Of a DNA stretch of 64,000 bases, positions 19,037-28,565 are shown one piece after another. Position 1 is the stretch's first letter. Every line of letters starts with the position of its first letter. The DNA is from a virus: the IMG/VR virus record IMGVR_UViG_3300037189_015081, positions 1 to 64,000 of that record. The stretch is one strand, 5' to 3'. The position numbers and the translations under genes were made by a program. The notes below the pieces were generated by a model. That model was not told the DNA's origin, made no database searches, and worked only from the letters and a program-made list of their open reading frames with translations.

Positions 19037-19518
19037 CACTATTTGGATCCTGGCTTGGCGACACCCGCAAGCTCCAGGAAGAAGGATTCAAGATCGACTA
19101 CGCGGCGATGACAGGTGATGAACCTGAAAAGATCAACGCGCTGATCGAGTATATTCGCTGGAACATGCTGGCAATCGACGATGAAATGGCTGAGATGCGT
19201 CAACCTATTTCGTGGAAGCCGTGGCAACACGACATGCCGTACGCTGACCGCGAGGAAGTTATCAAGGAGGCCGTTGACGTTCTGCATTTCGTGGCAAACA
19301 TCATTGTCGCCTGCGGCGGAACGGACGAGCAACTCAATGAGTTCTACTCGGCAAAGATGGAGAAAAACCGCCAGCGCCAGCTCAAAGGGTACGAGGTAAA
19401 GGCCGCCGGAGTAAAGTGCACGATCTGTACGCGAGCCATTGATGACGTGGGGGCTGGACGCACCGAGGGCGTCTGCGCCAAGTGCGAGCCGGTCAGCGAG
19501 GAGAACGGCAATGCCTAA
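19033..19518 (+). CDS. All-alpha dCTPase/dUTPase (T4 gp56-like) with C-terminal Zn finger
   Basis: AIDDE..E..WKPW..E..D..HF..N..Y..K...N..RQ..GY pattern, then CxxC...CxxC. Confidence 0.8.
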   Translation: MTLFGSWLGDTRKLQEEGFKIDYAAMTGDEPEKINALIEYIRWNMLAIDDEMAEMRQPISWKPWQHDMPYADREEVIKEAVDVLHFVANIIVACGGTDEQLNEFYSAKMEKNRQRQLKGYEVKAAGVKCTICTRAIDDVGAGRTEGVCAKCEPVSEENGNA

Positions 19519-19930
19519 TGTAAATGAAGAATGGGTGACAAACCAGTTTGCCGCTGCCCGTGTTCGCGTTGGTTCTGGTAAGGCGGTACTCAAGCTGCTT
19601 GAGGTATGGAACAAGATCTCGCTGAGCGATCAACTGGCCAAGGAGGCAGTGGAGATATTCTCAAAGGTGGCGCTAAACCACGCGCTTATTCCTGAAGCGC
19701 CTGATGAGAAATGGGCACCGGCACAGCCTGGATTTATCCAGGTTGGAGACCAGGTTCGTGTCATGGCTGACGCCTTTGACGGGGAGCTTGGCGCTCTGCA
19801 CAATGGAAGACGCGGAGTAGTTGTCGCTGTTCGCCATGGCGACGTGATTATGAACTCAAATGACGATGTTGAACCTAAGCTTGAGAGCGCGCACTACTCG
19901 CCGTACAAACTTGACAAGAGGTACCAGTAA
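19511..19930 (+). CDS. Hypothetical protein (SH3-like C-terminus)
   Basis: ATG after GAGGAG; VGDQVRV...GRRGVVVAV. Confidence 0.6.
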   Translation: MPNVNEEWVTNQFAAARVRVGSGKAVLKLLEVWNKISLSDQLAKEAVEIFSKVALNHALIPEAPDEKWAPAQPGFIQVGDQVRVMADAFDGELGALHNGRRGVVVAVRHGDVIMNSNDDVEPKLESAHYSPYKLDKRYQ

Positions 19931-20130
19931 TGAGAACAGCACTAAAGTTTAGTATTCTTGGTAAGACACTCGCGGACATCAAAACACAGGCGGCTTACCG
20001 CGTTGCAGAGTTTCTAGAACTTGACGACATTTCTGGACTTGATGACGCCGCAGAAGTCGAGATAGCTGTTGTGCAGACCGAGGACACGTATCCGTTGTTT
20101 GGAGCAACCGTAAGCGTTAGGATTAGGTAA
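19930..20130 (+). CDS. Hypothetical protein
   Basis: TAATG-coupled ORF. Confidence 0.6.
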   Translation: MRTALKFSILGKTLADIKTQAAYRVAEFLELDDISGLDDAAEVEIAVVQTEDTYPLFGATVSVRIR

Positions 20131-20498
20131 TGGCAGACTACGATTATCAACAACCAGGAAACGTTCCACCTCAGGTTGACGCGGAGCCGCAACTTCCTCC
20201 TCCAGGAAGCGCCCCGCTTAGGGTTGAAGCTCTCCGCGATGCGGCGCGGATTATCAATGGAAGCCGCGATGCACAGTACGGCAGTCCAATAGATAACTTT
20301 GATCGTATCGCTCGAATATGGTCGGTTATTCTAGGGATCGACGTGACCCCTGAAGACGTTGCCATGTGTATGGCGGGATTGAAGATGGCGCGCTATGCGT
20401 CAAAGTCCGGGTTTCAACCTGACACCTGGATCGACCTCGCCGGCTACGCTGGATGCGGATTTGAGGTAGGAAAACTCGCCTCAGAGAAAAACAGCTAG
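20130..20498 (+). CDS. DUF6378-like phage protein
   Basis: A..IING.R...YG.P..NF.RIA..WS...K.AR...D.W.D.AGY. Confidence 0.75.
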   Translation: MADYDYQQPGNVPPQVDAEPQLPPPGSAPLRVEALRDAARIINGSRDAQYGSPIDNFDRIARIWSVILGIDVTPEDVAMCMAGLKMARYASKSGFQPDTWIDLAGYAGCGFEVGKLASEKNS

Positions 20499-20761
20499 TG
20501 TCGGACGAGCGTTTTAGGGTGTACCCGCAGTGTGAGGTATGCTGGATAGAGGAGAACTCTACCTGGGAACCTGACGGGGTAAGCTCTGACGGAAAACTTG
20601 TCGCAAGAATGTCTGCCATTGCGGTTCCTGTTGATCTTGAGCCTGGTCAAGTAAACGTATGTTGCGTGTGCGGTGAACTGACCGTCGTAGGGATTTTTGT
20701 AGAGCGAGAAAAGGCTGACGTGGTATACGACATTGACCCTAGGGACATAATTCAACAGTAA
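20498..20761 (+). CDS. Hypothetical Zn-binding protein
   Basis: CEVC and CCVCG. Confidence 0.55.
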   Translation: MSDERFRVYPQCEVCWIEENSTWEPDGVSSDGKLVARMSAIAVPVDLEPGQVNVCCVCGELTVVGIFVEREKADVVYDIDPRDIIQQ

Positions 20762-20808
20762 CCTGATATATTAGTTCTACCAAATGACGCAAGACGTAAG
20801 GACACGGT

Positions 20809-21339
20809 ATGCAGACGTTCATTCCACAAGAAGCATCATTCGCAAAGATGGCCGAGCCACTCGACCGCCAACGGCTGAACAAGCAGGCGCTTGAAGGTTG
20901 GCAGATACTTCTTACTCTTCTCGAGCTCGATCCGCAAGGTAATCACCGCGATCCAAAAGGCTGGAAGACCCACCCGGCCGTGACCATGTGGCGTGGCCAT
21001 GAGACTGCGCTATACCAATACGTCCAGCAGATGGTTGTCGAATGGAAGGCGCGCGGCTACAACTCGACTATTGGCGACAAAGCGCAGGCAACCATTCTTC
21101 GCGCGCACCAACTTGGCAAGATCGACAGCACTGTTATTACTTACCCTTGGTGGATCCAGGACACCTCGGCATTTGCACGGATAGCATCGTCCCACCGGGT
21201 TGCGCTTCTGCGCAAGAACTATGAGTGGTATTCACAGTTCAACTGGCCGGAAGACGCGGGAACGCAACCAGACTACTACCAGTACCTGTGGCCAAGTGAA
21301 AACGGCGACCTCGTTCTTGGAACATTCAACAACGCATAA
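20809..21339 (+). CDS. MSMEG_6728-like pyrimidine-dimer DNA glycosylase family protein
   Basis: MQTF.P, LD..RL.KQ..E..Q, HPAV.MWRG.E, SHR..LLRK, Y.WP. Confidence 0.8.
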   Translation: MQTFIPQEASFAKMAEPLDRQRLNKQALEGWQILLTLLELDPQGNHRDPKGWKTHPAVTMWRGHETALYQYVQQMVVEWKARGYNSTIGDKAQATILRAHQLGKIDSTVITYPWWIQDTSAFARIASSHRVALLRKNYEWYSQFNWPEDAGTQPDYYQYLWPSENGDLVLGTFNNA

Positions 21340-21394
21340 AATCTGTTGATTTACCCAATCTACCTGAAAAACCCCATTCTGTGCGATACAATGA

Positions 21395-21736
21395 ATGGTG
21401 CGCGACTCGAGAAAAGGCGAATGCCTTTGGCAGGAATGGACCGGCGAAGGGTATGAACCCGACGATCCGGACTACTCTGTCATATTCTTCACCATTGACC
21501 ATGTAGACGTCGAGCACGAAGTTGTGCGTCGCGCGCTGGCATCTGCTCTTCAGCGGGAGGGCGTCGCCGACTCTCTGGGTGACGGATACCGTTCGATCGA
21601 CACGGCAACAGTTTCATGCGGGTATGCGGGCGAGGTAGAAGGTTCTCGCGAACTGCATGTCTGCGACGAGGAAGGTGAAACTTCATACGGTGACCTCGTT
21701 GACTCGGTGACTGAAGTCACCTGGGTAGAGGTTTAA
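21395..21736 (+). CDS. Hypothetical acidic protein
   Basis: Clean ORF after TACAAT; the start may be GTG 21398. Confidence 0.6.
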   Translation: MVRDSRKGECLWQEWTGEGYEPDDPDYSVIFFTIDHVDVEHEVVRRALASALQREGVADSLGDGYRSIDTATVSCGYAGEVEGSRELHVCDEEGETSYGDLVDSVTEVTWVEV

Positions 21737-21738
21737 CC

Positions 21739-22284
21739 TTGGTAAAGAAGCTCGATCTCAGTTGGCAGGTAGACTCCGCGTGCGCCAAGCCAGAGAACAA
21801 AGAACTCGTAGAGTACTTCTTCTCTACGCAGCCGGAAGAGAAGTATCAGGCTAAGAATCTGTGCTTTGAATGCCCCGTCCGCGAACAGTGTCTCAAGTGG
21901 GCGCTTGAAAATCGACAGATCTGGGGAATCTGGGGTGGACGCGATGAAGGAGAGATCCGCAGAGCGCTTAGCGTTTCCTGGAACGGAAAAGAATCGCGAC
22001 GTCAGCGCTATCCGCAATGTCCATTCTGCACCGCGCGCCCGAGTAAACTGACGACAGATGTCATCGAGCTTGAGGGTGGTGGACGGTGGTCAACCGCTAA
22101 AATTGTTTCATGTAGCGCGTGCGGGTTTACATGGCGCAGTCGCACAAGCGCGAATGCTGTCGAGGCGTACCACGTCGAGCGTGAAGAAAAGCTCGAGCGC
22201 GCAAAGAAGCTACGTGAAAAGAAGAAGGAACGCGAGATGAAGAAAAAATCTCGCGGAACGACCCCGCGTCCTAAGCCGGAATAA
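21739..22284 (+). CDS. whiB: WhiB-family Fe-S transcription factor with C-terminal zinc ribbon
   Basis: W....AC...FF...AK.LC..CPV...CL..AL......GIWGG, then CPFC...CSACG and a basic tail. Confidence 0.9.
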   Translation: MVKKLDLSWQVDSACAKPENKELVEYFFSTQPEEKYQAKNLCFECPVREQCLKWALENRQIWGIWGGRDEGEIRRALSVSWNGKESRRQRYPQCPFCTARPSKLTTDVIELEGGGRWSTAKIVSCSACGFTWRSRTSANAVEAYHVEREEKLERAKKLREKKKEREMKKKSRGTTPRPKPE

Positions 22285-23458
22285 CGCTGATATACTCACG
22301 GGGATCATAGTCCCCGCCGAACACCAGCGTGAGAACTCCCGGCTTTGACTGGGTGCCAGTGCGGTCGCGGTACCAGTCTGAACCAGGGTCAACTGTCGGA
22401 GCTTGGATCCACAGTCGTGAACCAATGTCCTGCGATTTAAAGTGGTGATAGTGCCCGGACAGCCAGAGATCAGCGCCACCAAGTGCGGTCTGTCCCATCG
22501 CCTGACCGTTCAAGTACTTTTCAACGTCGCGAGAGAACTGGTGCCCGTGAAATAGGCCAAGCATGCATCCGTCAATTTCAACAGCAAGCGTTTGGTGTCC
22601 GCTAGCTGGGAATCGGAACTCGACGTGCTGCAGTGCAGGATTCTCTGCACAGGCGTCCATTACAGCGGCGGCGATTTCAGTATTCCAGCCGTCGGCAGGA
22701 TCCGCGGCCACCTGACGCGTCACCTCGTCGTGGTTTCCGTTAACAACCGGGATAACAATGCGCTCTGCATGCGGGGCAAAGGCTTTTACCTTTGCGAGAA
22801 GCAGACGACGCGCAACGCGCACCTGTTCTGTTTGCCCGAGATCCGATGCGGCCTGTCCTTGAAGACGTCCACCTTGCGAGACATTTCCCTCGACGTGGTC
22901 ACCTAGTCCTGGGAGAACAATGGTCCCGAAGTCAAGTCCCATGCGCTGTAGACCCTGGAAGCGGGCGATGCTCTTCTCTGTAGACTCAAGAATGCGGCTA
23001 ACAGTTTGCGGTGTTCCACCGCTTGCTGCCTTTTTACCGATCTGCTCATCTGCACCAACGTGCGCATATGCTCCACGACCGGTAGCCGTCTTGATACCAG
23101 TTTGCGGGCGCCATTTTTTGATCTCGTCTACGAGCTTCTCGAGGTCGTAGTCACGAGTGACTCCGCGTGCGGGTACGACGTTTACTCGTACGGACTCCAG
23201 CCAGTCGCCGTCGTATCGCTGCCATGAACCTTTACGAACAGACGTTACGGTCCATTCTTCTGGGTCAAGCCCGCGCTCACGGAGGATCTCCTCAGCGCCT
23301 GGTGTGTTACCTTCATTGGTCGCCTGTGAGATTACGAAACCACCGTCGGTTCCGATCTCCATGCGTGGACGCCAGTTTTCTGGCATTGTCTTGTCACGTG
23401 TATCACTTCCAGATCGACCGGGTGTGACAAGTTTGTCGAATGCGTCAGAGAGTCCCAT
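22271..23458 (-). CDS. Calcineurin-like metallophosphoesterase (Mre11-like)
   Basis: D.Q, GD..E, GNHD, HGH and GHYH motifs. Confidence 0.85.
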   Translation of the reverse strand: MGLSDAFDKLVTPGRSGSDTRDKTMPENWRPRMEIGTDGGFVISQATNEGNTPGAEEILRERGLDPEEWTVTSVRKGSWQRYDGDWLESVRVNVVPARGVTRDYDLEKLVDEIKKWRPQTGIKTATGRGAYAHVGADEQIGKKAASGGTPQTVSRILESTEKSIARFQGLQRMGLDFGTIVLPGLGDHVEGNVSQGGRLQGQAASDLGQTEQVRVARRLLLAKVKAFAPHAERIVIPVVNGNHDEVTRQVAADPADGWNTEIAAAVMDACAENPALQHVEFRFPASGHQTLAVEIDGCMLGLFHGHQFSRDVEKYLNGQAMGQTALGGADLWLSGHYHHFKSQDIGSRLWIQAPTVDPGSDWYRDRTGTQSKPGVLTLVFGGDYDPREYISVIPA

Positions 23459-23461
23459 GCG

Positions 23462-23743
23462 CTAGTCCATGCTAAACTTTGGACTGTTGCCGTAGCAACG
23501 GCAATCTCCGCGGCGGTGCTTGTTTACTGCCGCGTTTCCCACGTCGTAACCTTCTTCACGGAGTGCCGCGGCAATGGTTGTGTTTGGGAGACGCTCTGGA
23601 TTTCCGTATGGAACTTCAAGAACCTCGATAAGCTTTTTCTTGTCGTCGTCTGATAGCTGGGTTCCGTAGAGCAGATTACCGATCTTGCATGGTAGTCCTG
23701 ATCCGACGGGTTTTATCTTGCCTAGCTTGTCTGCTAGTGACAT
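23462..23743 (-). CDS. Small putative HTH/Zn DNA-binding protein
   Basis: IAAALREEGYDVG...V.KHRRG.CRC. Confidence 0.6.
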   Translation of the reverse strand: MSLADKLGKIKPVGSGLPCKIGNLLYGTQLSDDDKKKLIEVLEVPYGNPERLPNTTIAAALREEGYDVGNAAVNKHRRGDCRCYGNSPKFSMD

Positions 23744-23946
23744 GGGTACTCCGTTGTCTAGTGATTACTCGCTCTAAATGCAAGTCTATTTCATAATAAC
23801 TAGAATATCGGAAAATCATCGTATTTGTGACGTTTATAGTAGTTTTTATAGTACCTGCAACTATGCCTACAACGGTACATATGGCATTAGACACGACAAA
23901 AGACCGCGTTTTTATACGCCTAGCGCAAACTGCTTGGAGTTAGCCG

Positions 23947-24258
23947 CTATTTTTCGTCGTGCGCGGCAGCGGCAACCATACGGAGAAGAAGATCCTTCAT
24001 GATCCCAACCTCGGCCGCCGTATGCTTGGACTGGTTCCGCACCTCTTCAACGTGGTCCGCAAGAGAGTCTCCGCCATTGCGCCAGAGCTGATGCTCGACG
24101 CGATCAAGACGCTCGGAGATTGTGCGACCCTTGGAATCTACACCGACGGCGGCGTCAAGACGACGAGCAACACGATAAATCGAGTACAAAATACCAAACA
24201 ACGCAGCAACACCCGCGATGATAGTACAAATCGTGATGATTAGTTGTTGAACATCCAC
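23947..24258 (-). CDS. Single-TM membrane protein (holin-like/lysis accessory)
   Basis: GTG after AGGA, N-terminal TM helix, then RLDRVEHQL..NGG.SL.D. Confidence 0.6.
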   Translation of the reverse strand: MDVQQLIITICTIIAGVAALFGILYSIYRVARRLDAAVGVDSKGRTISERLDRVEHQLWRNGGDSLADHVEEVRNQSKHTAAEVGIMKDLLLRMVAAAAHDEK

Positions 24259-24486
24259 AGGTTGATTCCTTGAAAAGTATATACGCGTTGGAAAAGCTTG
24301 TAATAATTCTATTCCACCATTCCCAACCCGAGTAGTGAGTTTAGAAATACCACGGGTTAGCGCCACTTTACGGTGGAACACCCGTTATAGTTGAAATGTT
24401 ACAAATACCGCAAACTGCACGACCAGCTTCGTGACAAGAACTAGTGTACAACTCACGTCGCAGTACGGCTATACAAGAGGACCAGC

Positions 24487-24699
24487 ATGAGCCAGACGCA
24501 ACGACGCATGAGTATCCGCGCGGTCGCGATGACATACGGACTGCCCGCGCGCACCGTATCCCGCGCGGTCGCCGCAGGAGAATTGCCCGCTATCATCACG
24601 ACAACAGAGACCGGTCGCGAACGCGCATACATATCTAGTACCGATGCGTCGACTTGGTTTGAGTCGCTGTCCGCTCCTCAGGAGAGGGCATCGGCGTAG
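24487..24699 (+). CDS. Excisionase-like helix-turn-helix protein
   Basis: SIRAVA..YG....TV.RAV..GELPA. Confidence 0.7.
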   Translation: MSQTQRRMSIRAVAMTYGLPARTVSRAVAAGELPAIITTTETGRERAYISSTDASTWFESLSAPQERASA

Positions 24700-24702
24700 C
24701 GT

Positions 24703-27339
24703 ATGACAACTACTTGGGAATCAGCGGAAGGCCGTCTCCAAAATGGCGCAGTCTGGTACGCGAATAAGGGGTGGAAGGTCCTTCCGTGCTACGGCATCAT
24801 CGGTGGGCGTTGCACGTGCAATGGCACCCACCCGGAGCCAAAGGACGTCGGTAAACACCCGGCCATTCCTGAATGGAACAACCGTGCCAGCTCCGATCCA
24901 GACACTGTTCGGCAGTGGTGGGACGGCTCGGCTGAAAACAATATCGGTGTGTTCTGTCAACCATCTGGATTTTTTGTAATCGACATTGACCCTCGCTCGG
25001 ATGGTACAACGTCCTTTGACAAGTTCGAGCAACTTGTTGAAGGCGCGCTACCTCCGACGGTCGAAGCAATAACTGGAACCTACTCATATAAGGGTGGCCA
25101 GGTGCGTGGACGACACTTGTTCTATAAGTGTGATCCGTCAGAGCAGCTCGTTGGAAACCTAAAGTCCGCGGGTCTTCCAGGTATCGACATCAAGCACAAC
25201 GGATACGTCCTCATCGCTCCGTCGCGCCACTTCTCCGGCGTGTGCTACGAATGGGCAGAGGGTAAGGCGCCATGGGAAATTGAAATGGCTGAGGCTCCAG
25301 AGGAGCTTCTGCAGGTGCTGCGTCGTCGTGCCCGTCGCCAGAACTCACTTGGTTCAACTGAGTGGGGCTGGACTGACGATCTTGAATATGGCGGCGAGCG
25401 CATTGACATCGACAAACTTCTCGATGAGGGTATCGATGAAGGCGAGCGCGCCATCAAGATCTACCAGATGACGTGCTCTCTGGCAAATAAGTTCCCGGTA
25501 AACACCGAGGCTGGCCGCCTCGCCGTCGAGACGATGATGATTCGCTTCAACGCGGAAAAGGTTCGACCGCCTCTCGATCTCGAGGGACCAGGCGGTCTTC
25601 TCATGCACGTACGCCGTGCCATTGACTACGTCGTCGAGAACCCTAAGACGGAACGCCTCTGGCCAGGTCTACAGGAATGGGCAAACCGTTCGCAGGAAGA
25701 GACCATGGCAAAGAATGTTGCCACGGCAAAACAGACTCAAAAGAACAAGCAGGACTCGCGGGCTGAAAAGGCTCCCGAGGAAATGAACATGTATAACCTG
25801 CCTGGAACAGTTGGCGGGGCGGTCAGCCGCGCCGTACACGACGGCGACAGCGTGTCATCAGCAGCAAACCTGTCCAACATCGACGTGCCAAAGGACCCGG
25901 ACGCCCTTACCGAGGGAGAAGGTGGAACGCCCGGCAAGCGCACGCTGTCCGACACCGGAAACGGGCGTCGTCTTGTCGACTCATTTGGAGACGCTATCCG
26001 CTACACGCCTGGACTTGGATGGTTTAACTGGGACGGCACGTACTGGAAGCCCGACATGGAAACCATCGAGATGCGTGAGCTTGCCAAGCGACTTGCGCCC
26101 ATCATTGCCAGCGAGGTCGTCAACTATGACGAGCCTGACAAGCAGGGCGAGGTTGTTAAGTGGGCGCAACAGGCAAAGTCCAATGCGCGCCTGTCCAGTG
26201 CGATTGAAAGCGCCAACTCTGATCCGCGTATCCAGGTCGAGGTAGACCGCTGGGACAGCGACGAGCATCTTCTAGGTGTTGCCAATGGCGTTATCGACCT
26301 GCGCACTGGCGAGCTGCTTCGTGGACGCCCTGACCTGCATATTACTCGTCGCGCACCTGTCGCATATACTCCCGGTCTCCGTAACACGCGCTGGGAACAG
26401 TTTGTGGACTACGCGACTGGCGGTGACAAGGAGCTGCAGGACTGGATCCAGCGCGCTGCTGGATACTCCTTGACAGGTCTACGTACCTATGACGTCATGT
26501 TTCTCGTCTATGGTCCACCCGGTTCTGGTAAGAACACCTTTGTCGAGGCGCTGGTCAAGGCGATGGGTACCCAGCAGTACGCGTGGCCGCTCGACTCCAG
26601 CATCCTCGCTCAGGGGGACGGTCAGTCGCACGGTTCCGATCTCTATCACTGGGCTGAGCTTCGCGGACGTCGTCTTGTCTGGGTTGATGAGTTGCCAGAC
26701 TCCGAGCGCATGAAGGAGAACTCGGTGAAGAAGCTCACTGGTTCATCTGAAATCTCCGCGCGTTCACCTGGTGAGAAGCCATTCACGTTCCAGTCCCGCG
26801 CCAAGTTGTGGATTACAACAAACCACCGCCCCATCATCAACGATGACGCCATGTGGCGACGTATTCGCCCTATCCCGTGGAGCAAGGTCCCTGAGAACCC
26901 TGACCCCGATCTCAAGGCGTACATCTTTGACCCTGACGGTGGTTTGCCTGCGGTTCTATCCTGGGCAGTCGAGGGCGCGATCAAGCTTCTTGGTTCGAGC
27001 GCGCGCGACGGTCTTGGCTGGTGCACCGCCGTGACCGAGGCAGCAGAGATCTACCGCAAGACGGAAGACCGTATTGGTATCTTCCTGTCCGAGGAGACCC
27101 GGCCTGCCGAGGGAGCAGTTCTTCCGTTTAAAGCTCTGTACTCTGTGTACCGCATGTGGTCTGAGGAGCGTGGAGAAAAGCCAATGACGCAGATTGCGTT
27201 CCAACGTAAGATGGCTGATCGTGGTCTTGAGATCACCGGTGTTGGCTCTCGTGCAGAGATCTCGAACTACCAAATTATTCCACGCGTTGTCACAAGCAGC
27301 GAGGTGGACTGGTCCCTAGCATCAAGGTTTGCGCGATGA
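24703..27339 (+). CDS. Bifunctional primase-polymerase fused to D5/P4-type SF3 helicase
   Basis: GKHP, NIG, VIDID, G.HL.Y, SDTGNGRR, YGPPGSGKNT, DEL, TNHRP, WRRI. Confidence 0.93.
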   Translation: MTTTWESAEGRLQNGAVWYANKGWKVLPCYGIIGGRCTCNGTHPEPKDVGKHPAIPEWNNRASSDPDTVRQWWDGSAENNIGVFCQPSGFFVIDIDPRSDGTTSFDKFEQLVEGALPPTVEAITGTYSYKGGQVRGRHLFYKCDPSEQLVGNLKSAGLPGIDIKHNGYVLIAPSRHFSGVCYEWAEGKAPWEIEMAEAPEELLQVLRRRARRQNSLGSTEWGWTDDLEYGGERIDIDKLLDEGIDEGERAIKIYQMTCSLANKFPVNTEAGRLAVETMMIRFNAEKVRPPLDLEGPGGLLMHVRRAIDYVVENPKTERLWPGLQEWANRSQEETMAKNVATAKQTQKNKQDSRAEKAPEEMNMYNLPGTVGGAVSRAVHDGDSVSSAANLSNIDVPKDPDALTEGEGGTPGKRTLSDTGNGRRLVDSFGDAIRYTPGLGWFNWDGTYWKPDMETIEMRELAKRLAPIIASEVVNYDEPDKQGEVVKWAQQAKSNARLSSAIESANSDPRIQVEVDRWDSDEHLLGVANGVIDLRTGELLRGRPDLHITRRAPVAYTPGLRNTRWEQFVDYATGGDKELQDWIQRAAGYSLTGLRTYDVMFLVYGPPGSGKNTFVEALVKAMGTQQYAWPLDSSILAQGDGQSHGSDLYHWAELRGRRLVWVDELPDSERMKENSVKKLTGSSEISARSPGEKPFTFQSRAKLWITTNHRPIINDDAMWRRIRPIPWSKVPENPDPDLKAYIFDPDGGLPAVLSWAVEGAIKLLGSSARDGLGWCTAVTEAAEIYRKTEDRIGIFLSEETRPAEGAVLPFKALYSVYRMWSEERGEKPMTQIAFQRKMADRGLEITGVGSRAEISNYQIIPRVVTSSEVDWSLASRFAR

Positions 27340-27701
27340 CATCAGAGTATGAACAGTATCACAGCTACATTCCGCACGGAGTGAACAAGATCTTTATCAG
27401 CGGTCCCATGACTGGAATTGATGAGTGGAATCATCCACTGTTCAATCTGATCGCCATGGAGCTGCGCGCCGCTGGTTACGCGGTGTGTAACCCGGCGGAG
27501 TTCTATGACGGAGACACAACGCGGACTCGTGCCGAGTACATGCGCAAGTCCTTTGAGGGTTTGCTTGAGTCTGAGATGGTGTTCCTGTTGCCTGGTTGGC
27601 AGGACAGCGAAGGTGCACTGGTTGAGGCCGCGGTCGGTGTTCAGCTCGGGCTCCAGGTAACCGAGCTTGTTCCTAGCGGAACGCTTGACGGTTTTCTGTA
27701 A
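27336..27701 (+). CDS. DUF4406-like (nucleoside deoxyribosyltransferase-fold) protein
   Basis: IFISGPMTG, NPA, LLPGW..SEGA..E. Confidence 0.8.
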   Translation: MTSEYEQYHSYIPHGVNKIFISGPMTGIDEWNHPLFNLIAMELRAAGYAVCNPAEFYDGDTTRTRAEYMRKSFEGLLESEMVFLLPGWQDSEGALVEAAVGVQLGLQVTELVPSGTLDGFL

Positions 27702-27702
27702 A

Positions 27703-28362
27703 CTACATCAGCGCCTTGCGCACCGTGGACCCGTGCCACTTCTCTCCACCTAGCGCAGTTGGTACCCCGTCATCGTTGAGCTTTTGGGCGATGGCGTGGT
27801 ACGACAAACCCGCCTCGCGCATTAGCGACATTTCCGCCATTACCGCGAGTGGTATCTTGCTCTTTGGCCCGAGGTCGACTCCCCATACCTGTCCTCTGGC
27901 CCTACGTTCACTGTGGACGTCCTTTTGTCGCGCGGCAATGATAGCGCGTTCCATCTCAGCGAGCGCGCTCATGATGGTTACGACGAACCGACCTTGGTAA
28001 CTGGACGTGTCCAGGTTTAGATCGAGCATGACAAGGCGCCATTCCTTCTGGCTGGCCCTGTCGATTATTGACAAGAAGTCTTTCGTGGAGCGTGCGAGTC
28101 TGTCTACACGGGTAACAAACAGGGCGGACGCTGAACCTGCGTCTAGGCGCGCCAGGGCGTCCGTGAGTGCTGGTCTACCCTTGATCGATTTACCACTTCG
28201 ACCCTCCTCGCGAACAAGCTCGACATTAGTGTATCCAGCGTCCTCTGCGGCCTTGCGAAGTTCGCGCTCCTGGGCATCGAGTGAGATACCATCGGAGGCT
28301 TGAAGGGCTGTGGAGACGCGTGCGTAGAGCAGCGCCAGGTCGGTCTTGGGTGTTGCCGCCAT
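27703..28362 (-). CDS. Small serine recombinase (resolvase/invertase family)
   Basis: YARVST..Q, SG....RP, RVDRLAR, AEMER..I..R and a short DNA-binding C-terminus; AAGGA RBS before 28362. Confidence 0.9.
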   Translation of the reverse strand: MAATPKTDLALLYARVSTALQASDGISLDAQERELRKAAEDAGYTNVELVREEGRSGKSIKGRPALTDALARLDAGSASALFVTRVDRLARSTKDFLSIIDRASQKEWRLVMLDLNLDTSSYQGRFVVTIMSALAEMERAIIAARQKDVHSERRARGQVWGVDLGPKSKIPLAVMAEMSLMREAGLSYHAIAQKLNDDGVPTALGGEKWHGSTVRKALM

Positions 28363-28403
28363 CCTAGTGATCCTTGTCTCATATTCATCAAATTCCGCAC
28401 TAA

Positions 28404-28466
28404 TGTACAACTTATTCCTTGGAAACTCAAGGAGCGCGCGTGTACACCTTTTCGGGAAAACGTGTA
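28404..28466. promoter_or_regulatory. Candidate res/recombinase-binding site
   Basis: TGTACA-N6-TCCTTG-N6-CAAGGA-N7-TGTACA plus an overlapping TACAC..GTGTA inverted repeat directly upstream of the recombinase. Confidence 0.45.
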
Positions 28467-28565
28467 TGAATCTATCATATTCTGGTTACCTGACCAGGAG
28501 TCAAAAAGACCTCGAATGTTAGATTAGTTGTAGCGGTACTTTTTCGCAGACGAGGATGTATAATT

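Noticed and set aside
10240-27339. Inteins or group I introns in PolA, helicase or primase
   Set aside because: The ORFs are continuous and of normal length, and I saw no intein splice motifs or homing endonucleases.
27703-28362. Prophage integrase or IS607 element
   Set aside because: It is too short for a large serine integrase, lacks an N-terminal MerR-type HTH and has no tnpB or att evidence.
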